Positions 35,741-49,472 of a DNA stretch of 64,000 bases are shown here, one piece after another (the stretch's first letter is position 1; each line of letters opens with the position of its first letter). This stretch comes from Macrostomum lignano (Eukaryota), in the NCBI GenBank assembly GCA_002269645.1, contig NIVC01002087.1, positions 1 to 64,000 on the forward strand. The letters are read 5' to 3'. The translations under genes and the position numbers were made by a program. Below the pieces are notes generated by a model. That model made no database searches. It saw only the letters and a program-made list of their open reading frames with translations, and was not told the origin of the DNA.

Positions 35741-36499
35741 CTGAAATAATATTATTTTTATTGTTAAATTTTACAATATTCTTATTTAAATCTTAGTTGT
35801 CTGCAGTTAGGGACACAACAAAGGATGCATGGAATCAGAGATACAGCAGGTGTTCAACCAAATAAGTTACTTTAGAAGTAAAAAGTGAGAATGAAATTAA
35901 GAAAGAATTCTGAGGCATTATATAAGATTTAAATATTCAAACAGCATTTACCAAAACCTTCTAATCTCAATACTGGCTAGGATTTTATATGCAATTACAT
36001 AGAATCAAAACCAAATATCAACCAAAAAGAAAAATTGTTTTAAAATATAGATTTGAGTTTCATTAAGATATTAACGAACTATCACATTCTTGATAAAGAA
36101 CAAGTTAAAAATTATAACATTAATAAAAAATTAGGGCTTTAGCATTTACACAATTGAATAAAAATGGTCAGTTGAGTTCTCTCTAGCATAAAAATTTATT
36201 AGAAAATGCTAAGCCAATATAATAAACTAGATCTGTTTTACAATTTTGAACCAATACAATATATCAAATATCTCGTAACTGATATTAGATATTGTTAGAC
36301 TTATGCAATTCACAATAATTGTAACCTTTCTAGTATTAGCATCTTTCTAGTGTCTTTTTCTTTCTTCTGTTTCTATTTTTGTCTTTATGCAATTTTTTAA
36401 TATGATAGCCCCCAATTGGGCCATTTTATCCTTTGTGCATATGTATTTAGAACTATTTTGCAAATAGTTGAGCAATCAAAAATTTAGCTGTCTCTATGT

Positions 36500-37461
36500 A
36501 TATGGTGCCTAAAGAAATCAAGTTAAGAGTATTTTTAAATATAGCCTGGTTTTTGCCTTTTTGTGCTAGGTCTGCTAAGCATTAAGCAGCAACAGTATGT
36601 CAAGCAACATTTGTAGCTCAATAGAGTTGGCAAGCCAGTCTTGGTTCTAACAATAAAAAGAGAAAATTGCATCCTTAAGATGACAAAGGGGAGGACAGTT
36701 AAACACAAGTAGTGACATGGATGCCAGGGTTGAAGACAGTCAATAACGAATTGCTTGGCATGAAGCATGGAGTTTTGCTTTAAGTTAAGAAGCCGGGACT
36801 CATGATAAAGGTCATTGAGTGATGAAGGTGAGAACTAAGAAGCAGTGTCTCCTTATTATAGCCCCAGGTAGAGCCAGCAAGAGTTCTGTGCACCAAGTTG
36901 TGCTTAGCATGCTTTGTCTCTTGAAGGTGATCTTAGGATCAAAAGTGAATCCAAGGATTTTAAGGTGCATAATGGCTAGTAGGCCTAGCTAAATGCAATT
37001 GATTTTCACATCTAGTTGGTAGTTATATTGCCACTGGTTGAGCAAAAACAGAGTAGTAAATCACTTGTTGATTGAGACAAAGTTGCTTGCTTTCCTCAAT
37101 TTGGGGAATAGATGTTGATATGGCGGCCACAAAGAGGTTGTTTGTATAACCAAGAATCATGATAGACAGGTCTAGAGTTGGCAGATTCTTGAGATAGAAT
37201 GCAAATAATAGTGGGCTGATGCAGCTACCCTGTGGGAACCCTATCCATATGATGCAACATTTTGAGGCCACCTCTTTGAACATTTTCAAAGCTTACTAGT
37301 CACAGATATACATATATGCCCTACACCCATCCAACCCATCCAAACCAGATAGGTGAAATAGCCACTGGCCAAGGAAAGTTGCAAGATCAAAAATGAAAAA
37401 AACAAAAAATTAAGGGAATAAAGAGAAGAGAAGAGAAAAGGAAAAGAAAGGAAAAGAGAGG

Positions 37462-37504
<43 letters not shown>

Positions 37505-38900
37505 GAAGAGAGTGAAAAGGACAAGAAAAGTCATATATAAAGTGAAAATTAAGTTGCAATTACAATCGGAGGAACTAAGTTGCAATTGGGAGGAACTAAG
37601 TTGCAATTGGAAGAAACTAAGTCACAAATCTGGACAAAACAAAGTTGCACCGGATGGGTGAAATTTTGAGGTTGGGCATGTATGCAGATATAGTTGGTAA
37701 CCTATAATCAAGCAAAAAATCTTATAATCAAGCATATGACCCTGTCTAAGAACCTACAAAGGATAATCAGCAGTCTTTTGGAAGAAGCCAAGCAATATCA
37801 TGGGGCTAGACAATTTGCAGCCTTTTTAATAGCAACCACTGATGCCAGAAGCAGCCTTGCAACTTTGTGCATATCTGCCGCATCTGTGAGGCTTTGCACT
37901 TAGCCTATTAGCACAACATTGGGTCCAAAAAAAACTAATAAATGTCACCTAAACGTCTACCTTGTCTGCTATCATTCCTGCTCCATCTTTAACTTTGCCT
38001 CTCACCATGCCTATAGCTTCATTCTTATCTATTTTGGCTCATCTATCAATGGCTTTAGTCATACCTGGTGGTGCCATAGCTGCCACCAAATTGCCTAACC
38101 TGCAATTGATATGCCGGCATATGGAAGCTAGCATTGATATAACTCAGTTCAACTCAGGGGATGTCAATTTCATTATAGATAAGGCCATTATCTATAGGTC
38201 ATTTTATGCTGACCCATTGGTTTATAATCTGGCAGTTAAGCCTATGTGTATACTACTTGATTTTGCACTGCATTGCAGTGGAACAGGTGCAATAGCATTT
38301 ACAAAACTAATACTTGTAGTTTTTTGCTATGCTCTAAAGTCAAAATTTGTATTTAAGTTTATTGTCAATGAGGAAATTGCATTTTGATTGTTAGATTTGC
38401 CACTTAGTAGACGTCTGGGCATTTAAAATGTGTGCTTACTTTATGGAGAACATTTTTGAGTCATTCTATTCAACAATGCAGTCTTAATAGCAGAATGTTG
38501 ACCAAAGCAATAAAATGTTCTAGCTTTGTCAAAGTTGCATTAGATGCTTCTACTGCTTGGTAGCAGTGACAAAGAGCAGTTTCTTCTGAGCACAGTGGGA
38601 ACTGCTCTTTAAGGATGATAGCCAGGCAGCTAAGTACAAAATCAACAAATTGGTCAACCAGCAAAAAGACCAGCATTTGCATTGCTTATTCATTGGCTCA
38701 ATAGAACGTTACCATTGCGAAGATTATACTGATGCCAATGACCATTATGACATAGCAGCTACACTGCTTTTGTAGCTGATCATTGACTAGCTTAAAACTA
38801 TTTTTTGTAGTTCTTGCAAGCTGTAATACAAAAAGTTTCTATGCTACCAATAGACTGGGTTAGAATGCTTGACAATTAAGGGTTTAGACAAAAATGGAAC
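36500..38900 (-). mobile_element. Degenerate I-group/Ingi-like LINE (RT region), interrupted by a MITE
   Basis: Minus strand gives GFPQGSCISPLLFAFYL..GYTNN (RT motif PQG..PLLF..YADD, decayed) at about 37240-37130 and a GSTWG-like post-RT motif at about 36870. Many stops. Confidence 0.6.
37315..37680. mobile_element. MITE, TA-flanked, TIR (C/T)ATGCCC(A/T)A..TTGGGCATG, with internal AAGTTGCAATTGGGAGGAACT repeats
   Basis: Collinear with 49109-49472. TA on both sides of both copies. Confidence 0.85.
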
Positions 38901-39318
38901 ACAATGCACATATCCCATTTTTTCTTTTTTTCTATGCAATGTATAGCTACATACCTCTAATAAAGTTTAGTTTACATAGGGGTAAGGTGTCTATACATTT
39001 TTAAAACTTGCTACAATAGGGCTGATACATGTATAGTATAGCATGATCCTAACTATGGGTATTTTTTTGTAACTTTATTTACTTGACAATGTGGACATTG
39101 TCCTTCTAAAAAGGAGGAAAATATAATGCATTTGCCTATATATTTTAAAAATAATCAAATTTTGTATTTATTTCCCATTTTTTTGCTAGTTATATTTATA
39201 CTCTATTTAGATTTTTTAATTTTTATTATACTTTTACTGTTTGTATTAATATATAATTTTATACAAGTTTTATAATATGATTTGTTTTATTGCTTAGCCT
39301 AATATTGACAAATATGTA

Positions 39319-40571
39319 TTCGGTTAGGGAGAAAGTTCCCGCGGTTTCTAGAACTTTCTGTCTAAGAACTTTCTGGAACATTCCAGAGCCCGGCTGTGTG
39401 GGTATATATTGAGGGTGGGTGTGTGTGATTCTAACATGCTATTTAAACCAAAGAGATTACTCACTAGTCACCAGCATTATGGATCTCTCTCGGGCCTATA
39501 TTCGTGGTCTCCTGCTCTACGACTTCAAATCTAGACTGTCAGCCGCAGAATCCAGCCGTCGCATCAACGCTGCATTTGGTGCGGGTACCGTGTCTGAACG
39601 CACTGCCCAGGACTAGTTTGCGCGGTTTCGCCAGGGAAATTTTAACCTCGAAGATTTGCCCCGGTCAGGTCGTCCCTCCGAGGTTGATGACGACTGGCTG
39701 CGCACACTCGTAGAGGCTGACCCTCGGCAAACCACGCGTGAGTTAGCGCAAGTCCTTGATGTAGACCATAAAACGGTCACCAGTCATTTGCATCAGCTGG
39801 GCAAGGTGTACAAGCTGGCACAATGGGTACCCCACCAATTGTCAGATTGGGACAAGGAGCGCAGGGCAGAGGTGGCCACTTCTCTCCTCTCCTACAGGCG
39901 CACGCACAACTGGCTAAAGTCCATCGTTACGGGCGATGAAAAGTGGTGCCTGTACATCAACATCAAACGTCGACGATTATGGGTTGATGCTGACGCGACG
40001 CCTAAGATGCAGCCAAAGGCCGGACTCCACCCACGCAAGGTCATGCTGTGCGTGTGGTGGGACTGCAAGGGCGTCATCTACTACGAACTGCTGCCACCCA
40101 ACACATCAATTACGGCCGACCTATACTGCCAACAGCTGGACCGATTGGCCGCCGCCATCGCACAGAAGCGTCCGAACCATGGCCCAGTACGATTCCTCCA
40201 TGATAACGCTCGTCCACACACTGCTAGGGTGACTCACCAAAAGCTACTGGACCTTGGCTGGGAATTGGTGCCCCATCCACCGTATTCACCAGACTTGGCA
40301 CCAAGCGACTATCACCTGTTTTTGTCTCTGGCCAACGCCTTGAACAACAAAACCTTCGCTGATGATGAAGAGCTTGATAACTGGCTGAACAACTTTTTCA
40401 CTTCAAAGCCAGAGAAATTTTACAGTGACGGTATTATGAGTCTGCCCGAAAAATGGCAGAAGGTGATCGATTGTGATGGTGATTATTTTATTTCTTAATT
40501 GGCTTTTTGTTTAAAAAAACTCAGTTTGACAGAAAGTTCTAGAAACCGCGGGAACTTTCTCCCCAACCGAA
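39319..40571 (+). mobile_element. Full-length mariner transposon (1253 bp)
   Basis: 44-bp TIRs with 1 mismatch (39319-39362, 40528-40571). TA duplication at 39317-18 and 40572-73. Confidence 0.97.
39479..40498 (+). pseudogene. Mariner DD34D transposase (339 codons) with a single nonsense codon
   Basis: ATG at 39479. TAG at 39614-16 sits where Trp is expected. The same frame continues through RSGRP, WVPHQL, TGDEKW, HDNARPH, YSPDLAPSDY. I counted 34 residues between the second and third Asp. Confidence 0.95.
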
Positions 40572-42335
40572 TAATAAATTGTCAAATTGCTTGTAAGAGT
40601 GCATGATTTGGTTTAGCACTCTCAAAAAAATTCAAATGAGTTTTGGCTTTAATTACATTATAATATATTTAAAATTTTGAAAAATTCTAACTTACTTTTT
40701 TTAAAAAGTTAGGCCTAGCTTTGTTATTGTTAAACAAGGGTAGGAAGCCAAGGGCAACTTGTAGATCAGCCTTGAGAAGGGCTCTATTACAATAGTTAAG
40801 GGACTTATCTAGCAAGGACATAAAGCCTAAGTAGCCTAGGTTGGGACTAGGACTTAAGGCCCAGTGAGAGTGCCTTATTGGTGCTACTAACCTAGCCTTT
40901 GGATTAAGATACCAACAACCCAATAATAGAAATGGAAACTTTTAAACTTTGTCCAACTTGGAACATTATGAGCATTATTCCAACTTATAATGTAAATGAT
41001 TATTAAATACAATTGCAAGAGTCTAAATATCATTCTGACTCTTATTTTGACTGATTATTTAATGCACTGCAATTATCATTATAGTCAAAATATTATTCCA
41101 ACTTTTAATCTGATTCTGACCCATAATTTCAATTAAATTTATTTTATTTTAAAATTTAAGGCAAAAATTATTATTTTAAAGTTTGCTTCATTCTGTGCAT
41201 ATTTTGACAAAGTAAATGTAAAAAAATTGTGCATTTAACAGTCAGAATGATATTTAGACTCTTGCAATTGTATTTAATAATCAGTTGGAATAAGAGTTGG
41301 AATATTCCAACAATTATTCCAACTTGTAATTTAACTGCATTATGAGTCAGAATAATGGTTAGAATATTCCGAGTTGGACAAAGTTGAAATGGAAATGGAA
41401 ATGTGAAATGGAAATGGAAGTAGAAATTGAAGTGCAAGTTGGAAGTGGAAGTGGCCTAGCTTTATTGAACCTAGTTAGGCCTAGGAAACAACTTTACCTA
41501 AGCGAAATAATAAGAGAAAAAAGTTAGAAGCATTGGCTATAGGAAAAAGTGACAAAAAATTTTTTATACCCTTTTATGCTTTTTAATCCTAGACTTAGGT
41601 CTAGAGCTAACTTTGTAAGATAAGTTAGTGATGGATCCAAATATTTGGATTTGGAAAAAAATGTTTCACTTTTTTAGAAGTATAAATGTTTTGGATTTGG
41701 AAAATTCATTTTCCAAATATTTCTAAATATGCTAATGCTTCTGAATATGAAAAAACACAATATTTACATTTTATTATTCATTTTTGCTATAATGTAGATT
41801 TATTATAAGAAATTTATATCAAGTAAAGTTACTAAACTTAGGGACCTTTGAGGCATTAAACCTAAAATGGCAAAAACTTTTTGGCAATCATTGTTTTAGG
41901 CCTAGTATAATCATTATTTGCTTTTTTAAAATGCAAATACATTCATTGACTATCGTTAAAGTTCTTAAATTACCTAAATATAATGTCAGTTAATATTAGG
42001 CCCTAGTAATTAGAATTAGCTAGATTAGTTGTTTAAGAATTAAGTTTAAATCAAACTTATTTACTTTTTACGAAGTTTAAATTCTTGCAATTTGACTTGA
42101 ATTTTATTTGAAAAGTAGACTAGTTAATGAAGACAAAGTCTTTTTGCCCCAGTGAGCTTTGGGGTTGGAATTTTATAATACCTAGTGTTGTATTGATTAT
42201 TTAAAGACTTCCAAGGCATTATTAATGCTGATGCTCCTAATATTTTGTCATGTCATACATAAAGTTAGCCTAATAGATAAAGTAGGGTGAGAGTTGTAAA
42301 ATGTCTCTAATGTCAAATGATTTATAGGAAGGGAG

Positions 42336-43131
42336 TAGGGATGTTGATTCCCCAGGGAATTATCTTATCGGGGACCCTGGTGAAAAGAAAAAAATAACTA
42401 AAAAAATGGCAGATAATTTAGATTGTAAGTGGAATTTTTTAAACTTTGATTTAAGCTTTGTACTACATGTTCAAGGCACAAGGGTAAAAACTTTAAACAA
42501 TGTTTTTTAAAACTGTATTTGACAACATGGCATCACGAAATTGTGCGCGCACCTTTGTCAAAAAGGTGCATTTGTCGGAATGCATGCTCAATAGCTACGC
42601 TCGTGAGAGGATAATTAATAAATGAGACTGATAATGATTTAATGATTAAACTAATAAATCTGAATTTTTATTTCTTGCAGATACATGTAAATCACCATTT
42701 TGTCCTTGTCTAATAGGGAGTATATGTATGACTATGACACCTTCCTATGCGTCAGCGCCTGACGCAGGACGCAGCGCTATGCCCGCATCAAATGCGTCAA
42801 GCCGACAATGCAGACCAACACAGTAGTCAGTAAGGCTTCTTTTTCCTGACAGGTTTCTTTTCTATGTGCAATTTGCTTGATTGAATGACTAATAGTGAAA
42901 AAACAATCAAACATGTGTTGTGTTTGAAATATATGTAATACATTGAAATAAGTAGTTATGCAGTAAAAGAGCATAGACAAAGTTTCAAGCAGCTTTCTGT
43001 GAATCGTTTTCTTATTTTTTTAATGGCAAAAATTAAGTTAAATGCATTTTTAAATATTTTTTCTCCCTAGGGTCCCTAGTCCAATTCCCCAACAAGCTCC
43101 CTGGGGAGCACTCCCAGGGTCAATATCCCTA
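42336..43131. mobile_element. hAT-like MITE nested in 41626-45832
   Basis: TAGGGATGTTGATTCCCCAGGGA vs TCCCAGGGTCAATATCCCTA. Inner inverted GGGACCCT/AGGGTCCC. Flanks GAAGGGAG and GAAAGGAA (6/8). Confidence 0.6.
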
Positions 43132-43469
43132 GAAAGGAAACTATGGGCATAAGTTCTGCAACACAAAGACAAGTAGCTAAGCATTAATAGATACACTGTA
43201 GTTGTGCAAAGTACGGATAAAATGTAATGGAATTGCTCGAATCACCAAGACCCATAAAACTGGAGAAACTGGCAGGATATAGCAGATACATGTAGGTCAG
43301 AATCAGAAGTGATGGGTGGGTGGGTCAAGTGATCATGGGTTTGACTTCGATTGTATTATTCCTTCTTAATCTTATGCAATTAATTGTACATTTGGTATAA
43401 AGTAACAGTAATTAATTATCCTTGACCATGCTAGAGTAAAGACAAGTCAAAGTCAAGTTAATAAAAATA

Positions 43470-43960
43470 TACTCAGCAAAAGAGCAACAGTCAAATGTTC
43501 CACCCCACTAAGCGAGATGATTTTTTCACTTATTGCGAGTGACGCAACCTACGGCATGCGCAAAGCTTATTGCTGCTTGGGGGTGGCTTGGGTCTACTTA
43601 ATGGTCCAGGCCTGGACTTAAGCAGACCCAAGCCTAGGAACAATGCCTCGCCACACCAAGCTGATACTATTAGTCAACTGAAGGAACAGCTACAGCTGCG
43701 CACTCTGCGCTGGCCTTCCCAGTCCCCAGACATGAATCCCATCGAGCATGTCTGGGACTTCCTAAAATGTAACATTTGATTCAAAAAGAGAATCCACCAT
43801 AGAATGTTGCAGAGAGCTTTGTGTTATGCCATGGAAAACGCTTTGGAGTGGCTTCCTTAGGACTTTCTACGCTGCCTCATCATTGGGATGCCCCATAGAA
43901 TCGTCGCACTTCTGCGTGCGAGGGGATCCGACACATCACGAACACAATTCTAACTAAATA
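43470..43960 (+). mobile_element. Tc1-like (DD34E) transposase 3' remnant
   Basis: NNASPHQA..LRWPSQSPDMNPIEHVWDFLK (cf. DNARPH..WPxxSPDLNPIEHVWD). Confidence 0.8.
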
Positions 43961-44673
43961 TTGCATAAAAAATTTATGATTTTACTACGACTATTGATAG
44001 TCAATCAACTTTCCCTTCCTCGTGACGGCTTAGTTGCGTAACTTGAGGGTTGAATTGTGAATGTGAAGTTTTCGCAATTTGGAGGGTGGAACTTTTGACT
44101 GTTGCTGAGTATAGTATAGACACACACACACAGTGTAACAATAACAATGGTTTAGAGCCATTTTTCTCATCAGTGTTTGTCTTTGTACATACCAAGGATG
44201 ACTTCAGTAGAAGGACAGGAAACCTCATTTCTTAGAAAATTTTTGAAGGCACTTTTTCCCAAAAAAATACACTGGAGATAGGAAATTTTCATTTTTCAGC
44301 ACAAAAAGTGCTATTACTTTTGATAGGAGGCAGATCCAGTGTTCATATTTTGATATGTTGTGCCTTTTTATTGCTCTATTGATATTTATAAAGCTTTTTG
44401 TTCAGAAAATTAGATTTCTATGTTAATTTTTTATTTTACATATATTTCCTGTACCTAAAAATCACAAAAATGCAGGACACAACTCCAATATTTGGTTTTA
44501 TAAATCTATTTTATCATCTGTTACAAATATTTGCTACACAGTCAGTTAAGAATGACAAAATAGACTCATAAAACCAAAGAGCTGAGCTGTGGCATTCTAA
44601 TGTATTTCAAGCACAAGACATGTGAAAATATATATAGAATAAAAAATTAACATGGAATCCTAATTTTTGAACG

Positions 44674-45266
44674 AAAAGCTTTATTAATGTTTAGGAATTG
44701 AAAACTTCCACACTTGTATATCTTTGAATTGCACATCAATTGGTGCATAGTATGTATGCTTAACTATAAGCAATATAGAAAAAAATGCAAAAAAATAAAA
44801 AACTGTAAAAGTACATTTTCAATTTTTGTATTTTTTACAACCAAAGTGCTAACTTTTTGTTACAATTGAAAAAAAACAACCCAATAATGTTATGCATCTT
44901 AGTAAGGCGTACCTATAACCCTTGAACATTTTTAGCTCGAGTTTTAATGTGCATAAGGAAATGATATATAAAATATTAAAAGCTTTATTAATGTTTAGGA
45001 ATTGAAAACTTCCACACTTGTGTATCTTTGAATTGCACATCAATTGGTGCATAGAATGTATGCTTAACTATAAGCAATATAGAAAAAAAAGCAAAAAAAT
45101 AAAAAACTGTAAAAGTACATTTCCAATTTTTGTATTTTTTGCAACCAAAGTGCTAACTTTTTGTTACAATTGAAAAAAACAACCCAATAATGTTATGCAT
45201 CTTAGTAAGGCGCACCTATAACCCTTGAACATTTTTAGCTCAAGTTTTAATGTGCATAAGGAAATG
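44674..45266. repeat. Tandem duplication of a ~300-bp AT-rich unit
   Basis: 44674-44963 and 44978-45266 are near-identical, from AAAAGCTTTATTAATGTTTAGGAATTG to GTGCATAAGGAAATG. Confidence 0.92.
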
Positions 45267-48200
45267 CACTTTTGTAAAGATATAATCTTAGGACAAACAT
45301 TTCAACTGAAGCCTGTTCCTTTTTTTCTGCAGTGAAGCCATAAAAAACTATACTCATTAAATAGATCAGATTTTTCTCTTTAAAATGACATCTCACTTGT
45401 GAAATTCGCTCTTGTAGTTTTTAAGTTATAACAATTTTTGTAAGTTTTTTTTGTCAATTTTTTGATGCATGTCTCATATTATTATATTTGTCACAGGCCA
45501 GACTACCCAATGCGCTTTGCGCATTGGCTAGCTGTTTGTTCCTCATGCTCAGCACTTTGTGCTTCGCACGTTTGCTCCGCTCATCCCACAATCCCAAGGA
45601 CACGCGCTTTGCACGTGTCCTTGGGTTTGTGGGTTTTCTAGAGCTCACTGGGGAACTAGTTGCTTATTTAGATCACTAATTAGATAATAAGGCATTTTCA
45701 TTACTTAAAAGTGTCACAGTTACTCTCACCATTTACCATTTACTTTTTGTTTCCATTTAGAAACACATTTGGATTCGGATATTTGGATTTGGCTTAGGAA
45801 ACTTGCAAAAATCCATATTTAGTCCATCACTGAGATAGGGCTTCTGTTGTTATAAAGGTTTTTGGTATCTTAATTGTATTAGATTTATTTTCATAAATGA
45901 ATAAGAAATAGGCCTAGCTAGGTCTAATTGTTAAATTTATATTGTCTTATCTTATAATTGCATTTGCCTAACAAAAACAACTTCATAGAATAGAATTAAT
46001 GCCAAATAGGCCTAGCCATGGGAATTAAAAGAATTGTTAGTGACAAAAAGAAAATAACCATTAAAACTTAGTCTCACCACTCACCAGTAGCAGGTGACAG
46101 GTCTTGTACTCTTTCTTGTCTAGTACTAAACTAGCCTAACCTAGTATAGGCATAGGCCTACTGTCTGTATGTAGGCCTATTGAGATTGAGGACAACACAT
46201 ATTTTAGAATAGTATAATAGGCCTAGCCTCAGCATGCCATGATGTATGCTTACTAAACATTATATAAAAATTAGCTATGAATAGGCCCTAGCCTAGTCGA
46301 TGAAAAAGCTAGGCCTAAAGCTTAGCCTATAGATATTATAAAAATAGGGCCTACGCCTAATATAGCAAATTAAATACATAGGCCTATCAAAATGTCTGTC
46401 TTAAGAGCGATGCCGATGCATAAAAGCCAAGGTCATTAGTCTAGTGCTCAATTTCTTGAGTTATATTAATACTATCAGAGGCCAGGGACATAAATTTAAA
46501 AGACAACTATGCCCTTCACTCGCACTAAGCTTAAGAAGAAAAGTTAGCCTAATTCTAGGAAAGCTTTCATTTTGTTAACAAAATATTTACTTGCATAATT
46601 TCGCAAAATATTTAGCCTAGTATTTTTGTAAGACACTTTTTTCACCTTTAAAATAGCTTTATTGTTATAAAAATAGTTTCTATGATTAAACAACGTTTCA
46701 TCAAGTAGGGGGGCCTAGAAATTTAGGCCTGAACATTACACTTTTTTGAATTTCAACCCACTTGTACAACATAATTACATACATAAAGTGTATTTGCTAT
46801 TATAATAATATAACTCTGTAATCTATTTTTTCTCGTTTTGATTTTAATTTTAGTTGTAAAGCAAGTTTCCTCTATTTAGGTATACATCTTGTATTATTGA
46901 TATCGATTTTATATATCATATCATGAGCTGGGACATGCAATCCTATATACATTTTATAATATAAAACATACATTTTATTTTTTAGACCTATAAAATACCT
47001 ATTTTGTAGACCTAGCCCTCAGAACTCTAAATAAAAAGTTCTAGGCCTAGTCTCAATGAGGAGCTTTTGCCCCACAATGATTTTTGCTTAGCCTTAGGCC
47101 TTAGTTTTACTTTGCTATAGGCCTACTTATAGCCTATGTTCTAGGCCTATTAATTTAAGTTGTAAAATAAAAGAATAAGAAAGAAATAAAAGAAAATAAA
47201 AAATGTTCAAGTTCAAGTATCTAAATAAATCATATATAGGACTACACTATATATATAATTTAGTAGGCCTAGATTCTTAAGTATCAGGCCTAGGGTCTAT
47301 TCCAACTTCAATTATTTTTTTTTGTTACTAGACTAGGCCTATTCCTATTGTTTACAATATTAGCAATACTTCATTTAAAAATGCATTGTTTAACAATGTT
47401 TTTGAAATTTTTATTATAAGGCCTAGACTAGTCTATAGACATGGTAAAAATGAGGTTTTATTCATGAAATAGGCTTCATTTTTTTAGAATCATTTTCCTA
47501 GAAAGTAGGCCTATTGCATTTAAAATTAGGCTACTTTGTTTTAATGTATTTAATATTAGTAATACTATAAATATTATGAATATTATAATATTTTATTTGT
47601 TTAAAACCATGCTCAAAAGAGGTATAAATATATAAGCTACTAGCAAAAGAAGAGGCAACTTGATACTGGTTTACAATTTGTTCCAGTAGGCCTATCTTAT
47701 ATTGAAGCTTGAAAACAATATTGACTTAGTTATTTAGAAGTATGATGTATCAAAAGCCCTAGGCCTAAGATTGGGAAAATTTAATCCATTCTTAGAGAAC
47801 AAGACATCTAAATCTAGAATCTAAGAAATATAAGAAATCATCTTTAGAAGGCAGAAATCCTACCAAAGGATAGAGTAATCTAAACTCAAAGTCTAAAAAA
47901 CCTATCTTAGGGTAGAATACCCAGCAGGTAAACTGTGACCCTCTGATCCTGGGAATGCCTAAGACTAAGAGAATAAACTTTTAGAGCATAAGGATAAGAT
48001 AGACAATGCCATAAGACCACTTAGGCCAAAAGTACAGTACATGTATATATGCTACCAGTAGATAAATATATACACTACCTGTCTACCAGAAATACAAATA
48101 TCTATAAAAGTACAAAAATTATAGGAACTATTAGGCCTAGTACAACTTTGGAGACTTAACAGAGATTTTTATTAAAGAGAAGTTAGCCTTATGACAACTT

Positions 48201-49108
48201 GGTACCAGTTTGCAAGATTATATCTGGGACAGAAGTAACCTCTATGTCAGTCAAAAAATAGAGACCATAGTAACACATATAATATAAGTAATCAGATAGT
48301 AATAACCAGTTCAAATTGTTATTATAACACTGCATGTTCTTTTCTATGCCTCCTGATTTAGAACATACAATTTTTTGATTTTCCATTGAAATTTAAGACC
48401 TTTGCTATTTTATTAGAGCCTACTATCATTAATGGTAATCTGCATAGTCTTAGAAATGTCTGAATTAGCAATCATGGCTCTATTGCTAGCTTTTGTTCCA
48501 ATCAAGGGTGCTATAGTCTCATTGTTAATGTTAGCCTTGTCAATAGCTTTGGTAGCTCCACTGTTTAAAGTGTTGACATTTGTATTTGGATTAAATATAG
48601 TTGCTAATGGTGATTCTAGCTCTATATTTATGCCAGTCAAAACTTTTTTAATAGACTTTACCTTCTAGATAAGTAATATCTAATAGTCAACTTGGCATTC
48701 TGCCTAGTAATAGTCATAATGTTGCCACACTCTGGATCATATAATGGGCCTATACACGCAAAAATTTAGGCTAGGCTTGCATTAGACTTGTTAATAAGGC
48801 ATTAAAACAAATGTTTGTATGTATCAATTTATCACTGTAAATAGTTGGCCTATAGACAAAAAATAAATAATTCACCAAATTATCCTTTGGGTCCTTTATA
48901 CAATGCAAAAAAGGTCATTTATTGTTGCAATATAGCATTTATTCCATTTTTTGGCATGCATTTGTAACTATTCAATTTTTGTTTGACCATGTACCTAGTA
49001 TGATCTAGACTATAGTAATATTGTTTAGGCTGAATCCACAATCCACATTTGTGCAAATCTAAAATGTGAGTTACTAAATACAATGATTAGTATACATTTT
49101 AGACCATA

Positions 49109-49472
49109 CATGCCCAATACCCATCCAACCTGTCCAAACTGGACAGGTGAAATGGCCACTAGCCAAAGTAAGTTGCAAAATTGGAAACACAAAAAAATAA
49201 ATAATTGGGGAAAGAAAGAAAGGAGAGGAAGAGAAAAGGAAAAGAAAGAGGTGAGAAGAGAGAAAGAGAGGGGAAGAGGAGAGAGAAAGAGAAAAAGGTA
49301 AGAAAAGTCATATGCAAAGTAAAAATTAAGTCACAATTGGAGCAACTAAGTTGCAATTGAGAGGAACTAAGTCGCAATTGAGAGGAACTAAGTCGCAATT
49401 GGGAGGAACTAAGTTGCAAATCTGGACAAAACTAAGTTGCACTGGATGGGTGAAATTTTGAGGTTGGGCATG
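49109..49472. mobile_element. MITE, second copy of the 37315-37680 family
   Basis: TA|CATGCCCAA..TTGGGCATG|TA. Confidence 0.88.

Larger units (their letters stand above)
41626..45832. mobile_element. Non-autonomous hAT-like element (4.2 kb) carrying nested insertions
   Basis: Termini TAGTGATGGA..TCCATCACTG. Subterminal TTGGAT/TTCGGAT repeats at both ends. Flanks AGATAAGT and AGATAGGG (6/8 match, consistent with a decayed 8-bp TSD). Confidence 0.6.

Noticed and set aside
47900-48750. Possible very old LINE endonuclease remnant on the minus strand
   Set aside because: Only vague similarity. The diagnostic GDFN and SDH motifs could not be read, so it is not listed as a feature.
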